From: Candidatus Eiseniibacteriota bacterium
GTDB lineage: Bacteria > Eisenbacteria > RBG-16-71-46
Length of the DNA: 64,000 nucleotides
Direction of reading: 5' to 3'
Assembly (NCBI GenBank): GCA_963776245.1
Contig: CAVZLN010000004.1
Location: 224,001 to 288,000, forward strand
Position 1 is the stretch's first letter. The number at the start of each line of letters is the position of its first letter. The notes under the pieces are model-generated. The model was not told the origin of the DNA. It ran no database searches and saw only the letters and a program-made list of their open reading frames with translations. Shown piece after piece: positions 40,884 through 52,865 of this stretch. Position numbers and translations under genes: made by a program.

Positions 40884-43800
40884 GTGAGCGTGAGAGGTAT
40901 CGCGCGCAGCATCGTTCTGGTCCTCGGAGTGACATCCGTCAGCATGGTGGCGTCCGCCCAGCAGCCGCCCGCGCCGCCGAAGCCCGGGCCGGCGCCCAGG
41001 GGAGGCGCCGCCGCGCGACCATCCGAGCCGCCCGCGGTCGCCACGGTGGGCGCCCTTGGCGTCCCGCGCGCCGAGCTCGAGGCCGGGCTGCAGCAGGCGC
41101 TCGCGGACTATCGCCAGCGTTCCGGGAAGGAAGTGCCGGCCGAGTTCCGTCCGATCGTCGAGCGCCAGGTGCTCGAGAGCCTGATCCGTCGCCGGCTGCT
41201 CCTTCTCGAGGCTGGCCGCCAGAAGCTCGGAGGCACCGATGCCGATGCCGAGACCGAGCTGAGACGGGACCCGTTCTTCCAGGAGAACGGCCGATTCAGC
41301 GAGGCCAAGTTCCAGGCCATCAAGGCCCAGGACCCGGCGCGCTGGGCGGCGAGCCTGCAGGCGATCAAGAGCCAGCTCGGCGCCATCAAGCTGGGCCAGC
41401 GGCTGGAACGGGAGCAAGTCGCGTCCGAGGAGTCCATGCGGGCCCAGGCCGAGCATGATCTCCAGCGCGCGAACGTGAGCCACCTCGCCCTGCGCGCCGC
41501 GGAGTTCCCGGGACTGTATCCCGAACCGCGCGAGCAGGACATCATCGACTACCATCGCTCTCACGCTGAGGAGTTCCGCCGGCCGGCGCGCGCGAGCCTC
41601 ACGGTGATCTTCATCGACCGGCCGGCGCTCCCCGAGAGCCTCGCGAAGGATGCCGCGGCGGTGCGCGCGTGGGAGGACGGTCTGCGTCCGCGCGCCGACA
41701 GCGTGCTGGCCGCGCTGCGGGCCGGCGCGTCGATCGACTCGATCGGCGCGCTGCTCGGCGGCGTGCGCCGCGACGCGGTCGTCACGCGGCAGTCGTTCCC
41801 CGGCTTCTGGGGGGGAGACGCGCGCGCCGATGCGACGGTGTTCACCACCGCCGTGGGACGGTACCTTCCGGAGCCGGTGCGTGCGCGGCCCGGGTGGCTG
41901 GTGGCGCGGGTGGAGGAGTCCACGCCGGAACACGTGGCGCCGCTGTCCGAGGTGGCGAAGGAGATCCGCGCGCGCCTGCGCTCGGATGCCCAGGAGAATG
42001 GCGACGAGCGCCGGCTGCGCGCCTTCTACGAGACCCAGCGCGACAGCCTCGCCGGCCCCGCGATCCGCGTGCGCTACGCGGCGCTCGACACCGGGCGCGT
42101 CGCGATCCGTGATCCGAGCGCGGCGGACCTCGACCGCTTCTATCGCGGCCACCTGGCGGACTATTCGTCGTTCGATCGCGCGACCGGAGCGGTGCAGGCG
42201 AAGAGCCTCGCCGAGGTCCGCGAGGACGTGCGAGCGCGATGGATCCGGGACCAGCGGCTGGAAGTGGTGCGCGATGCGGCGGAGAGGATCCACCGGGCGT
42301 GGTCGGCGAACAAACGCGATGCGGCGGCCGAGCGCGTCGCGACCACGCTGCGGGAGGTCGGCCCGCTGCCCGTCGAGGGGCGCCCGGACACCGGCCTCGC
42401 CGGGGCGGCGCTCGGCGACCTGCTGCGGTCCCAGGGCGCCCAGCGGGGGGCGGGGATCGGAACGTTCGCGCGCGGCCGGCTGGTGTGGTCGGTCATCGAC
42501 GTGACGTCGAAGGTCACGCCGACCTTCGAGCAGGCGCGCCCGCGTCTCGTCGAGATGCTCGCGCGGCGGCAGGAATCGAGCGACGAGGGCGCGGCGAAGG
42601 AGCTCTGGGCGAAGGACCCGCAGCGGTTCGCCGGCGGGGACCTCCTCCACGTGACCCGCCTGCTCTGCCCGTTCCCGGGCCCGCTCGACGTGCCGCTCAC
42701 GCGGGAGGAGGTCGAGCGCTGGCACCGCGAACACATCTCCGACTACGCGGCGGGCGAGCAGGCGAGCGCGCGGCACATCCTCATCGAAGCGGAGAACGCG
42801 ACTCCCCAGACCCTCGAGTCGGCGCGCCAGCGGGCGCTCGCGGTGCTGGCCCGCCTGCGCGCGGGCGAGCGGTTCGCGGACCTGGCCCGGCAGTACTCCG
42901 ATGACGTCGCGACGCGCGAGAACGGGGGGGACCTCGGCACCTTCGGGCGCGGCGTGATGCTCGACGCCTTCGATCGGAAGGTGTTCTCGATGCGCCCGGG
43001 CGAGGTGAGCGAGCCGGTGAAGACCGAGGTGGGATGGCACATCATCGAATGCCTCGATCGCCTGCCGGCGGATGCCGAGCCGCTGGCGCGGATCTACACC
43101 AACGTGGCCGCCGACGCGGCCCGGGCGAAGGCCGAGCGCATCGCGCTGGCACGTGCGGACAGCCTGCTGGCGCGCATCCACAGCGTGGCCGAGGCGAAGA
43201 CCGTGGCCCAGCGCACCGGACTGCCCACGGCGCAGATGGTGTTCGTGATCGGCGAGAAGGGCCTGCTCCCCGAAGAGCAGGCCTTCCGGCGCTCGCTCGA
43301 GCACTTGAAGCCCGGGCAGATCGCCCCGACGGTGCAGCCGATGAAGGGGTTCGGAGTCGGCATCATGTGGGTGGACAGCGTCACGCCGGCCCCGCGTCCG
43401 GCGTGGGAACAGGCGCGCGAGCGGGCCCTCGCCACGTACCGGGGCGATGCGGCCCAGCGGACGCTGACCGCCAAGCGCGCCGAACTCGACTCCATGCTGC
43501 GGAGCGGATGGACCTTCGACAGCCTCGCCACGCTGTTCGGCGGGCTGGGGACGGTCGATTTCGCCCGTGGGGGCACGATCCGCGGCCTCGGGAAGCCGCC
43601 GGCCGATCTGGATTCGCTGGTGTTCGGCGTGGGCAGGACCCCGGCGCCGCTGCAGCCCGGAGACGTGAGCCGCTGGCTCGAGTTCGGCTCCGGGAGTGTG
43701 CGGCTGCGATTGAACGAACGGATCGAGCCTGCGCCCGCGGAAGTGGACGCCCGCCTTCGGAGCCAGCGCCGGGCGGCGGTGGAGACCTCCATGCGGGAGT

Positions 43801-43895
43801 ACTTCGAGGGGCTCAAGGCCCGCTTTCCCGTGCGCATCCTCGACCCCAGGTTGCGCGACCTGACCCCGCCGGCACCCCCCTCGCCAGGAGGCTGA
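40884..43895 (+). CDS. Large SurA/PpiD-like parvulin chaperone (~1000 aa)
   Basis: GGAGGAG RBS, signal peptide, SurA-N-like helices; parvulin ARHILI...FADLARQYSDD...GGDLG...GWHII. Confidence 0.82.
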   Translation: MSVRGIARSIVLVLGVTSVSMVASAQQPPAPPKPGPAPRGGAAARPSEPPAVATVGALGVPRAELEAGLQQALADYRQRSGKEVPAEFRPIVERQVLESLIRRRLLLLEAGRQKLGGTDADAETELRRDPFFQENGRFSEAKFQAIKAQDPARWAASLQAIKSQLGAIKLGQRLEREQVASEESMRAQAEHDLQRANVSHLALRAAEFPGLYPEPREQDIIDYHRSHAEEFRRPARASLTVIFIDRPALPESLAKDAAAVRAWEDGLRPRADSVLAALRAGASIDSIGALLGGVRRDAVVTRQSFPGFWGGDARADATVFTTAVGRYLPEPVRARPGWLVARVEESTPEHVAPLSEVAKEIRARLRSDAQENGDERRLRAFYETQRDSLAGPAIRVRYAALDTGRVAIRDPSAADLDRFYRGHLADYSSFDRATGAVQAKSLAEVREDVRARWIRDQRLEVVRDAAERIHRAWSANKRDAAAERVATTLREVGPLPVEGRPDTGLAGAALGDLLRSQGAQRGAGIGTFARGRLVWSVIDVTSKVTPTFEQARPRLVEMLARRQESSDEGAAKELWAKDPQRFAGGDLLHVTRLLCPFPGPLDVPLTREEVERWHREHISDYAAGEQASARHILIEAENATPQTLESARQRALAVLARLRAGERFADLARQYSDDVATRENGGDLGTFGRGVMLDAFDRKVFSMRPGEVSEPVKTEVGWHIIECLDRLPADAEPLARIYTNVAADAARAKAERIALARADSLLARIHSVAEAKTVAQRTGLPTAQMVFVIGEKGLLPEEQAFRRSLEHLKPGQIAPTVQPMKGFGVGIMWVDSVTPAPRPAWEQARERALATYRGDAAQRTLTAKRAELDSMLRSGWTFDSLATLFGGLGTVDFARGGTIRGLGKPPADLDSLVFGVGRTPAPLQPGDVSRWLEFGSGSVRLRLNERIEPAPAEVDARLRSQRRAAVETSMREYFEGLKARFPVRILDPRLRDLTPPAPPSPGG

Positions 43896-44049
43896 GGCCG
43901 GAGCGACGGAGCCCTCAAGCCGTGCGGTCCCGCCGTGGCCCTGGCCCGGCGGGGCCGCGCGAGCGGTCCTGGGAGCGCACTCCAGTGCCGTGCCCCGGTG
44001 GCCGATACCCCGGGATACGACGGCTGAAACCCAGCGCCATGGAGGCCCC

Positions 44050-45396
44050 GTGTCCGACGCCATGAGCTCGATCCATCCGACCCTCTCGGGCGGCACCACC
44101 TACCGCGTGGTCCTGGTCGATTTCGACTGGGAGGACGCCGACCTGCTGCCGCCGCTGCTGCGGCGTCCCGGCATCTCGGTCCGGCTGGTGGCGGGAGAGC
44201 GCAATGACGACCCGGGGCTGCGGGTGGCTGAGCTGTGCGGGCTGCCCCGCACCGTGGACCTCGCCGACCTGACACGCGAGATCTTCGACCTCGCCCTGGT
44301 GAGCGAACGCAGTCCCCGCCGCACCCAGGTGGAAGGACTCCTCCTCGCCCTCGGCACGCCCTGCGCGCCGCCCCGCGCGTTCCTCGCCGGGGACACGCTC
44401 CACGATGTCGACGTGCCGGCCATCGAGGCGTCGCTCGCGCTCCACGCCGCGGCGTTCGAGACCACGCTCGGCGGGCAGTCCTTCGACGCCATCGTCGAGC
44501 AGACGCTCCCCGATCTCGGCGCGGACGCGCCCACCTCGCCCCGTCCGGTGCGCACCGGCACCCACGCCGTGCACGCGGTCTCGAGCCTGGATGACTTCCC
44601 TTCCCCGGAGGACCGGGCGGGTCTCGAGCAGGCGCTCGGCAGCCTGGTGGCGAACACCGGCGCGACCGCCGCGGTGCTGCGGGCCGGCCGGTCGGACGAG
44701 ATGCAGGTGGTGGCGCACGTCGGAGGAGATGACCCGCTCCTGAAGGGGCTGGTCGATCTCGCGCTCCAGCTCAACACGGCGCAGGTGGTCACCCGTCTCA
44801 CCGGTCCCGAGGAGGGCAAGGCGTGGGGCGCGTGGCCGTTCCGCACCACCCAGCGCCGCGGGGTGCTCGCGGCCGCGGCGATCGATCCCGCGATCGGCTG
44901 GACGCAGTGGGAGCGCATGGTCGAGGAGCTCCGCACCACGTGGGACGAACGCGACCGGGAGATCGCCGCGCCCGCCTTCCCGATGGTGCCCGAGGGCCGC
45001 GAGGGCTGGATGGCCGAGGACGAGTTCGGCACCCGCATCGATCTCGCGGTGGAGCGCAATCAGCGCGACGGGCTGCGCTTCACGCTCCACCGGCTCTCCT
45101 TCGTGGATGTCGCGGGCGCGGTCCACGCGATGTGCGAAGCGCTCCCGGACCAGCTGCGGAGCACCGACTGCATCTGCCGGCGGGGCGAGCGTGAGGTCCT
45201 GATGCTCACCGCGGGCGAGAACTCGGGGTACGCGCACGTGCGCCGCCGGCTGCTGGCGCTCTGGGAACACGCCTGGCACCTGGACGGGCAGGCGCCCCCG
45301 GCGCCGCCGATCACGGACGAGAGCGTGGGACTCGGTGGCCCGGAGGACGCGGTGGCGTTCCTGGCCCACGCTGGCCGCTGGATGGGAAGCGCGTAG
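44050..45396 (+). CDS. Hypothetical protein; C-terminus resembles a degenerate GGDEF-like fold
   Basis: GGAGG RBS; typical codon usage; F..RIDLAVERNQR...LRSTDCICR. Confidence 0.7.
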   Translation: MSDAMSSIHPTLSGGTTYRVVLVDFDWEDADLLPPLLRRPGISVRLVAGERNDDPGLRVAELCGLPRTVDLADLTREIFDLALVSERSPRRTQVEGLLLALGTPCAPPRAFLAGDTLHDVDVPAIEASLALHAAAFETTLGGQSFDAIVEQTLPDLGADAPTSPRPVRTGTHAVHAVSSLDDFPSPEDRAGLEQALGSLVANTGATAAVLRAGRSDEMQVVAHVGGDDPLLKGLVDLALQLNTAQVVTRLTGPEEGKAWGAWPFRTTQRRGVLAAAAIDPAIGWTQWERMVEELRTTWDERDREIAAPAFPMVPEGREGWMAEDEFGTRIDLAVERNQRDGLRFTLHRLSFVDVAGAVHAMCEALPDQLRSTDCICRRGEREVLMLTAGENSGYAHVRRRLLALWEHAWHLDGQAPPAPPITDESVGLGGPEDAVAFLAHAGRWMGSA

Positions 45397-45492
45397 TCGC
45401 GGCTCCCTCCGCCGCGCCATCCCGCGTCCCCGCGTGGCGCGCGCGCCCGATTCCTTGACGCTCCTTCCAGCGCTCTGTCACCCTGTCGCGCC

Positions 45493-47277
<1,785 letters not shown>

Positions 47278-47289
47278 CGGCGCCCGCGC

Positions 47290-48213
47290 ATGAGCCCGGC
47301 GCGCGTGCTGGCGGTGGTCGGCGCCACGGCCACCGGGAAGACGGCGCTCGCCGAGGCGCTCGCCGACGCGGTCGGCGGCGAGGTGGTGTGCGCGGACTCG
47401 CGGCAGGTGTTCCGCGACCTCGACGTGGGCACCGGCAAGCCCGACGCCGGGCAGCTCGCGGCGCGCGCGCACCACCTGTTCGACTCGCTCACGCTGGGCG
47501 AGCGCGCGAGCGCCGGCTGGTACGCGCGGGCCGCGCGCGCGGCGTGCGCGGCGCTCCACGCCCGCGGCCGTGTGCCGGTGCTGGTGGGCGGGTCGGGGCT
47601 GTACCTGGCGGCGGCGCGTCGCGGGCTCGCGCAGGAGCCCCCGCACGACCCGGCGCTGCGCGCGGCACTGGTCGCCGAGGCGGCGGCGCTCGGCACGCCC
47701 GCGCTGCACGCGCGGCTGGCGGCGGCGGATCCCGAGACCGCCTACCGGCTGGCCCCCGCCGACACCCAGCGCGTGACCCGCGCGCTCGAGGTGCTGGAGG
47801 CGAGCGGACGGCCGCTCTCGTGGTGGCACCGCCAGCCGCCCGGGCCCGCAGTCTCCGGGGAGTGGCGCGTGGTCGAGATCACGTGCGGACCCGCGGCGCT
47901 CGACGAGCGCATCGCCGCCCGCACGCGCTGGATGTTCACCCACGGCCTGGTCGAGGAGACGCGCGGCATCGTGGATTCCGGCCGCGCCCCGGCGCTGCGG
48001 GCGCTGCGCGCCGTGGGCTACGACGAGGCGCTCGACCTGATCGCGGGAGGGCTCGACCGGACCGCGGCGGAGGCGCGCACCACGCTGCGCACCCGCCAGC
48101 TCGCCAAGCGCCAGCGGACGTGGTTCCGCCACCAGGTGGACGCCGCCCGGATCGACGGGGCGGCGCCGCTCAGCCGGCTGCTCGAGCGGGCGCTGCAGGC
48201 GATCGGACCCTGA
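47290..48213 (+). CDS. miaA: tRNA dimethylallyltransferase
   Basis: GATATGKT, DSRQV, GGSGLY, AKRQRTWFR. Confidence 0.95.
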   Translation: MSPARVLAVVGATATGKTALAEALADAVGGEVVCADSRQVFRDLDVGTGKPDAGQLAARAHHLFDSLTLGERASAGWYARAARAACAALHARGRVPVLVGGSGLYLAAARRGLAQEPPHDPALRAALVAEAAALGTPALHARLAAADPETAYRLAPADTQRVTRALEVLEASGRPLSWWHRQPPGPAVSGEWRVVEITCGPAALDERIAARTRWMFTHGLVEETRGIVDSGRAPALRALRAVGYDEALDLIAGGLDRTAAEARTTLRTRQLAKRQRTWFRHQVDAARIDGAAPLSRLLERALQAIGP

Positions 48214-48254
48214 GCGGGGGAGGGCGGGGTCCGGCCCGCGGGCCGGGCGCCGCA

Positions 48255-48283
48255 TTGACAGGCCCGATACGGCTCACTAGGTT
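48255..48283 (+). promoter_or_regulatory. Sigma70 promoter of tRNA-Gly
   Basis: TTGACA, 17 bp, TAGGTT. Confidence 0.65.
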
Positions 48284-48315
48284 ATGGGCCGTCTCTGCGC
48301 CGACACTTCAATGGT

Positions 48316-48391
48316 GCGGGCATAGCTCAGTTGGTAGAGCGCGAGCTTCCCAAGCTTGAGGTCGCGGGTTCGACCCCCGTTGCCCGCTCCA
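48316..48391 (+). tRNA. tRNA-Gly(CCC)
   Basis: 76-nt cloverleaf, anticodon loop TTCCCAA, GGTTCGAC T-loop, encoded CCA. Confidence 0.97.
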
Positions 48392-48456
48392 TCTTCTTCG
48401 TCGAATCCGGCGCGCCGGTCCAAGACGTGACGGCGCGCCGTCGCTCCCTGGGGACC

Positions 48457-49767
48457 ATGCCCGCACCCGTCGTCGCCATCATCGGCCGTCCGAACGTGGG
48501 CAAGTCCACGTTCTTCAATCGCGTGCTCGGGGAGCGGCGGGCCGTGACCCACGACCTGCCCGGCGTGACGCGCGACCGCAACGCGGTGCGCGCCGAATGG
48601 TGCGGACGCGCGTTCCTGCTGGTGGACACCGGCGGGTTCCTGCCGGCCGCCGCCGAAGGCCGCGACCACGAGGTGCGCAAGCAGGCCGAGACCGCGATCG
48701 GGCTCGCGCACGTCGTGCTGTTCATGGTGGACGCGCTGACCGGGGCCACCGATCTCGATAACGCGATCGCCCGCAGCCTGCGCCGCACCGGCTCCCGGAC
48801 CATCGTGGTGGTGAACAAGGTCGACCGGCCGGGCGACCCGGTGGCGCACGACTTCCATCGGCTCGGCCTCGGCGAGCCGGTCGCGATCTCGTCCGAGAAC
48901 GGCTACGGGATCGGGGACTTGCTCGACCTGCTGGTCGCGCAGCTGCCGCCCGAGCCGGCGAAGTTCGAGGATGCCCTCGCGCGCATCGCCATCGTCGGGC
49001 GCCCGAACGTGGGAAAGTCGTCGATCGTGAACGCGCTGGTCCGCGAGGAGCGCATGATCGTGGAGCCCCAGCCCGGGACCACGGTCGATGCCATCGACGC
49101 GCACTGGGTGACCCCCGAGGGGACGTTCGTCCTGGTGGACACCGCCGGCATCCGCCGCCAGGCGCACTTCGGCGACCAGGCGGAGTTCTACGCCACCGTG
49201 CGCGCCCTGAACGCGCTGGAGCGCGCCGACGTCGCGTGCCTCGTGGTGGACGCCACCGAGGGCTTCCTGCGCCAGGAGGCGCGCCTCGCCCAGCACGCGC
49301 TCGACGCGGGGTGCTCCACGCTGATCCTCTACAACAAGTGGGACCTGATCGAGGATCGCGAGACACGCTGGAAGGCGCTGATCGCCGAGCGGCAGGAGCG
49401 CTATCCGTCGCTCGCCGACCTGCCGTCGGCGCCGCTCTCGGCGACCGAGGGCACGCACCTGCATCGCCTGCCCCATCACCTCCAGCAGCGGGTGAACGAG
49501 CACCGTCGCAAGATCAAGACCCATGACCTCAACGAATGGCTCGCCGCGGTGCAACGCAAGCGCGCGGTGCCGAGCAACAACGTCGGCCGGCTGCCGAGGA
49601 TCTACTACATGACCCAGACCGGGGTGAAGCCGCCCGCTTTCACGTTGTTCGTCAACGCGCCCTCGCGGCTCGGCGACAACTACCGGCGCTTCCTGTGGAC
49701 GCAGTTCGCGGAGCACTTCGGGTTCGCCGGCACGCCGGTCAAGCTGCTGGTGAAGAAGAGCGACTGA
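48457..49767 (+). CDS. der: Ribosome biogenesis GTPase Der
   Basis: Two GRPNVGKS GTPase domains plus KH-like tail. Confidence 0.97.
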   Translation: MPAPVVAIIGRPNVGKSTFFNRVLGERRAVTHDLPGVTRDRNAVRAEWCGRAFLLVDTGGFLPAAAEGRDHEVRKQAETAIGLAHVVLFMVDALTGATDLDNAIARSLRRTGSRTIVVVNKVDRPGDPVAHDFHRLGLGEPVAISSENGYGIGDLLDLLVAQLPPEPAKFEDALARIAIVGRPNVGKSSIVNALVREERMIVEPQPGTTVDAIDAHWVTPEGTFVLVDTAGIRRQAHFGDQAEFYATVRALNALERADVACLVVDATEGFLRQEARLAQHALDAGCSTLILYNKWDLIEDRETRWKALIAERQERYPSLADLPSAPLSATEGTHLHRLPHHLQQRVNEHRRKIKTHDLNEWLAAVQRKRAVPSNNVGRLPRIYYMTQTGVKPPAFTLFVNAPSRLGDNYRRFLWTQFAEHFGFAGTPVKLLVKKSD

Positions 49768-49768
49768 C

Positions 49769-50425
49769 ATGTCCCTCTCCACCACGGCGGGCTTCACGCT
49801 GGTGGCGTTGCTGGTCGGCTTCGTGAGCGGCTCCCTGCCCTGGGGCCTGTGGCTGGGGCGCGCGTTCCGCGGCATCGACGTGCGCACCGTGGGGTCGAGG
49901 AATCTCGGCGCCACCAACGTGTACCGCACGCTCGGCCCGGCGCTCGGCATCACCACGCTGGTGCTCGACATCGTCAAGGGCGCCCTCCCGGTGCTGGCGA
50001 TCGCCGGCTGCCCGGCCACCCCGGCGTTTCTCGGCGGACCGGCGTGGTGCGGGATCGGGGTCGGCCTCGCGGCGGTCGCGGGCCACGTCTTCACCCCGTT
50101 CGCCGGGTTCAAGGGGGGCAAGGGCGTGGCGACCATGGCGGGCGTGCTGCTGGCCCTGGCACCCGCGGCCTTCGGCGTGTTCGCGGGGGTGTTCCTCGTC
50201 ACCCTCGCGCTCACGCGCTACATCTCGCTCGGGTCCATCCTGGGGGCGGTCGCGTTCGCCGGGGCGCTCGCCTTCCTCGCCCCCGGGAGGGTGCGCAGCC
50301 CGCTCTTCGCATTCGGCGTCGTGGTCGCCGCGCTGGTGATCGCGCGCCACCACGAGAACATCGCGCGGTTGCTGGCGGGCACCGAGCGGCGCTTCTCGTT
50401 CCGCGGCAGCGGGGGATCGACATGA
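49769..50425 (+). CDS. plsY: Glycerol-3-phosphate acyltransferase
   Basis: GSRNLGATN, DIVKG, GHVF...FKGGKGVAT, RHHENIARL. Confidence 0.95.
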   Translation: MSLSTTAGFTLVALLVGFVSGSLPWGLWLGRAFRGIDVRTVGSRNLGATNVYRTLGPALGITTLVLDIVKGALPVLAIAGCPATPAFLGGPAWCGIGVGLAAVAGHVFTPFAGFKGGKGVATMAGVLLALAPAAFGVFAGVFLVTLALTRYISLGSILGAVAFAGALAFLAPGRVRSPLFAFGVVVAALVIARHHENIARLLAGTERRFSFRGSGGST

Positions 50426-51411
50426 CGCGCATCGCCGTGCTGGGAGCCGGTTCGTGGGGAACGACGCTCGCCGTGCATCTCGCGCAGGCCGGCCACGAGG
50501 CCGTGATGTGGGGCCATGACCGCGCCGATCTGGCCGCGCTCGCCGCCGACCGCGAGAATCGGAAGTTTTTGCCTGGCATCGCGCTTCCCGACGGGGTTAA
50601 GGTTCAGCCGGAACTCGACGCGGCGCTCGCGGGGGCGGAGATCGCGCTGTTCGTGGTGCCCTCGCAGGCGGTGCGCGGAGTGGCCGCGAAGGTGAAGCAG
50701 GCGGGGTCGAAGGCGGTGCCCATCTCGGCGTCGAAGGGACTCGAGCTCGGCACGCTCAAGCGGCTCTCGGAGGTGCTGGCCGAGGTCCTCGGGGACCCCT
50801 CACCGGTGGTGTTGACCGGGCCGAGTCACGCCGAGGAAGTGAGCCGCGGCATCCCGACCTCGATCGTGGCCGCATGTGCCGACGAGGCGCGGGCCGAGGC
50901 GGCGCAGCGTCTGTTCTCGACCGGAAGGCTCCGGGTGTACCGCAACACCGACGTCGCCGGCTGCGAATACGCGGCCGCGCTCAAGAACGTGATCGCGATC
51001 GCGGCGGGGGTGTGCGACGGCGTGGGGTTCGGGGACAACACCAAGGGCGCGTTGCTCACCCGCGGGCTGGCGGAGATCGGCCGGTTGGGGATGGCGATGG
51101 GGGGCAGGCAGGCGACGTTCTCGGGGCTGGCCGGTATGGGGGACCTCATCGCCACCGCGATGAGCCGCCACAGCCGCAACCGTGGAGTCGGCGAGCGCAT
51201 CGGTCGCGGGGAGACGCTGGAGCAGGTGCTGGGCACGATGGTCATGGTGGCGGAGGGGGTGGACACGGCGCGGGCGGCGCGCGATCTCGGCCGCGCGCAC
51301 CGGGTGGAGCTTCCGATCACCGATCAGGTGTGCGCGATGTTGTTCGACGGACGCAGCCCGCGCGAGGCGCTCCAGGCGCTGATGACGCGCGACTTGAAGA
51401 GCGAGGCCTGA
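50422..51411 (+). CDS. gpsA: NAD(P)H-dependent glycerol-3-phosphate dehydrogenase
   Basis: GAGSWGT, SKGLE, GPSHAEE, LKNVIAIAAG, SRN. Confidence 0.96.
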   Translation: MTRIAVLGAGSWGTTLAVHLAQAGHEAVMWGHDRADLAALAADRENRKFLPGIALPDGVKVQPELDAALAGAEIALFVVPSQAVRGVAAKVKQAGSKAVPISASKGLELGTLKRLSEVLAEVLGDPSPVVLTGPSHAEEVSRGIPTSIVAACADEARAEAAQRLFSTGRLRVYRNTDVAGCEYAAALKNVIAIAAGVCDGVGFGDNTKGALLTRGLAEIGRLGMAMGGRQATFSGLAGMGDLIATAMSRHSRNRGVGERIGRGETLEQVLGTMVMVAEGVDTARAARDLGRAHRVELPITDQVCAMLFDGRSPREALQALMTRDLKSEA

Positions 51412-51436
51412 AGGCTCGCACGCGAGGGAGGTAGCA

Positions 51437-51835
51437 GTGCCGCCGAAGAAGACGGACACCGAGAGCGACGGCAAGCTCTATCGCTCGATCAGCGAGGTGA
51501 GCGACCTGGTGGGCGTGAAGCCCCACGTGTTGCGCTACTGGGAGACTCAATTCAGCATGCTGCGTCCGCGCAAGAACCGCGCGGGGAACCGGATGTACCG
51601 GCCCGAGGAGATCAAGCTCCTGATGCACATCCGGGAGCTGCTCTACGACCGCCGCTTCACCATCGCGGGTGCCCGCCGCCGGCTGCTCGACCAGCGCAAG
51701 GAGCCCGCGGCCCAGCCGCCGCAGGTCGAGATCGGGTTCGCCGACGCGGACCGCCGACTGGCTCTGCACGAGATCAAGAGCGAGCTCCAGCGCATCGCGT
51801 CGCGGCTGCGCGAGCGCGAGCCGGTCGGCGCCTGA
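51437..51835 (+). CDS. MerR family HTH regulator
   Basis: KLYRSISEVS...PHVLRYWETQF...RAGNRMY...FTIAGA. Confidence 0.92.
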   Translation: MPPKKTDTESDGKLYRSISEVSDLVGVKPHVLRYWETQFSMLRPRKNRAGNRMYRPEEIKLLMHIRELLYDRRFTIAGARRRLLDQRKEPAAQPPQVEIGFADADRRLALHEIKSELQRIASRLREREPVGA

Positions 51836-51942
51836 ACCGCAGCGCGACGACGGCGCCGCGGTCCGATGCCATGGCCGACTTGCAGGATCGGCGCGTGTCG
51901 CCTAGATTCCGCGGCGAACCGGGGCCTCGAGTCCCGTCCGGT

Positions 51943-52019
51943 CGGGGCGTAGCGCAGCCCGGTAGCGCACCTGCATGGGGGGCAGGGGGTCGCTGGTTCG
52001 AATCCAGTCGCCCCGACCA
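51943..52019 (+). tRNA. tRNA-Pro(GGG)
   Basis: 77-nt cloverleaf CGGGGCG...CGCCCCGACCA; anticodon arm CCTGC-ATGGGGG-GCAGG. Confidence 0.93.
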
Positions 52020-52151
52020 TTTGCACCCCTTCCCGCGGCCCCTGGCAGCGGCCCCCGCCCGGCATCGATCCCCGTCCGTGGCCGGGCCATGCCCACTCGA
52101 GCCCCCGTCCACGCCCGCGCGGGTGACCGGATGCCGGAGCGAGGGAACCCC

Positions 52152-52865
52152 GTGAAACGCGTCGCCGCGCTCATCCCGGCCTATCAGGCGGCCGCGCACC
52201 TCGGCGAGGTGCTGCTCGGCCTCGCCGCGCTCGTCCCGCCTCCCGAGGTGCTGGTGGTGGACGACGGCTCCCGCGATGCCACCGCCGAGACCGCGCGGCT
52301 GTTCGGGGCACGCGTGCTGTCGTTCGCGGGCAATCGCGGCAAGGGCCACGCGCTGCTCGCCGGGTTCGCAGCCCTGAAGGAATTCGACGGCGTGGTCACG
52401 CTCGATGCCGATGGTCAGCACCCGCCCGCATGCGTGCCCGACTTCGTCGCGGCCTTCGAGGCGGGCGCCGACCTGGTGCTGGGGGTCCGCCGCTTCGAGG
52501 GCCGGATGCCGTTCTCGCGCCGGTTCGCGAACGCCGTGTCCTCGGGGTGGGCGTCCCGTCTCGCGGGCCACACGATCTCGGACAGCCAGTGCGGATACCG
52601 GCTCTATTCGCGCGCGGTGCTGGAGCGCACGCCCCTGACACCCGGCGGCTACGAGCTCGAGTCGGAGATCGTGGTGCGCGCCGCGCGCCTCGGATTCCGG
52701 CTCAGCGAGGTCCTCATCCCCACGGTGTACGGGGAGGAGCGGAGCCACATCCGCACGTTCCACGACGTGCCACGCATCGTCGGCACGCTGCTGCGCCTCA
52801 CCCTGGAGCCGCGCCCGACCCCGGGGCTCGCGCCGGTTTCCGCGCGCGACGGGAGCCCGCCATGA
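52152..52865 (+). CDS. GT2 glycosyltransferase (polyprenol-phosphate hexose synthase-like)
   Basis: IPAYQ, VVDDGSRD, NRGKG, LDADGQH, DSQCGYR. Confidence 0.92.
   Translation: MKRVAALIPAYQAAAHLGEVLLGLAALVPPPEVLVVDDGSRDATAETARLFGARVLSFAGNRGKGHALLAGFAALKEFDGVVTLDADGQHPPACVPDFVAAFEAGADLVLGVRRFEGRMPFSRRFANAVSSGWASRLAGHTISDSQCGYRLYSRAVLERTPLTPGGYELESEIVVRAARLGFRLSEVLIPTVYGEERSHIRTFHDVPRIVGTLLRLTLEPRPTPGLAPVSARDGSPP

Noticed and set aside
34498..44099. Very long antisense ORFs (1428 aa, 1087 aa and similar throughout)
   Set aside because: Shadow ORFs expected at this GC content, opposite well-supported genes, with no motifs.
51970..51987. Unusual G at position 38 of the tRNA-Pro(GGG) anticodon loop
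   Set aside because: Lies in a G homopolymer in an error-prone assembly; cannot be distinguished from a base-calling error.
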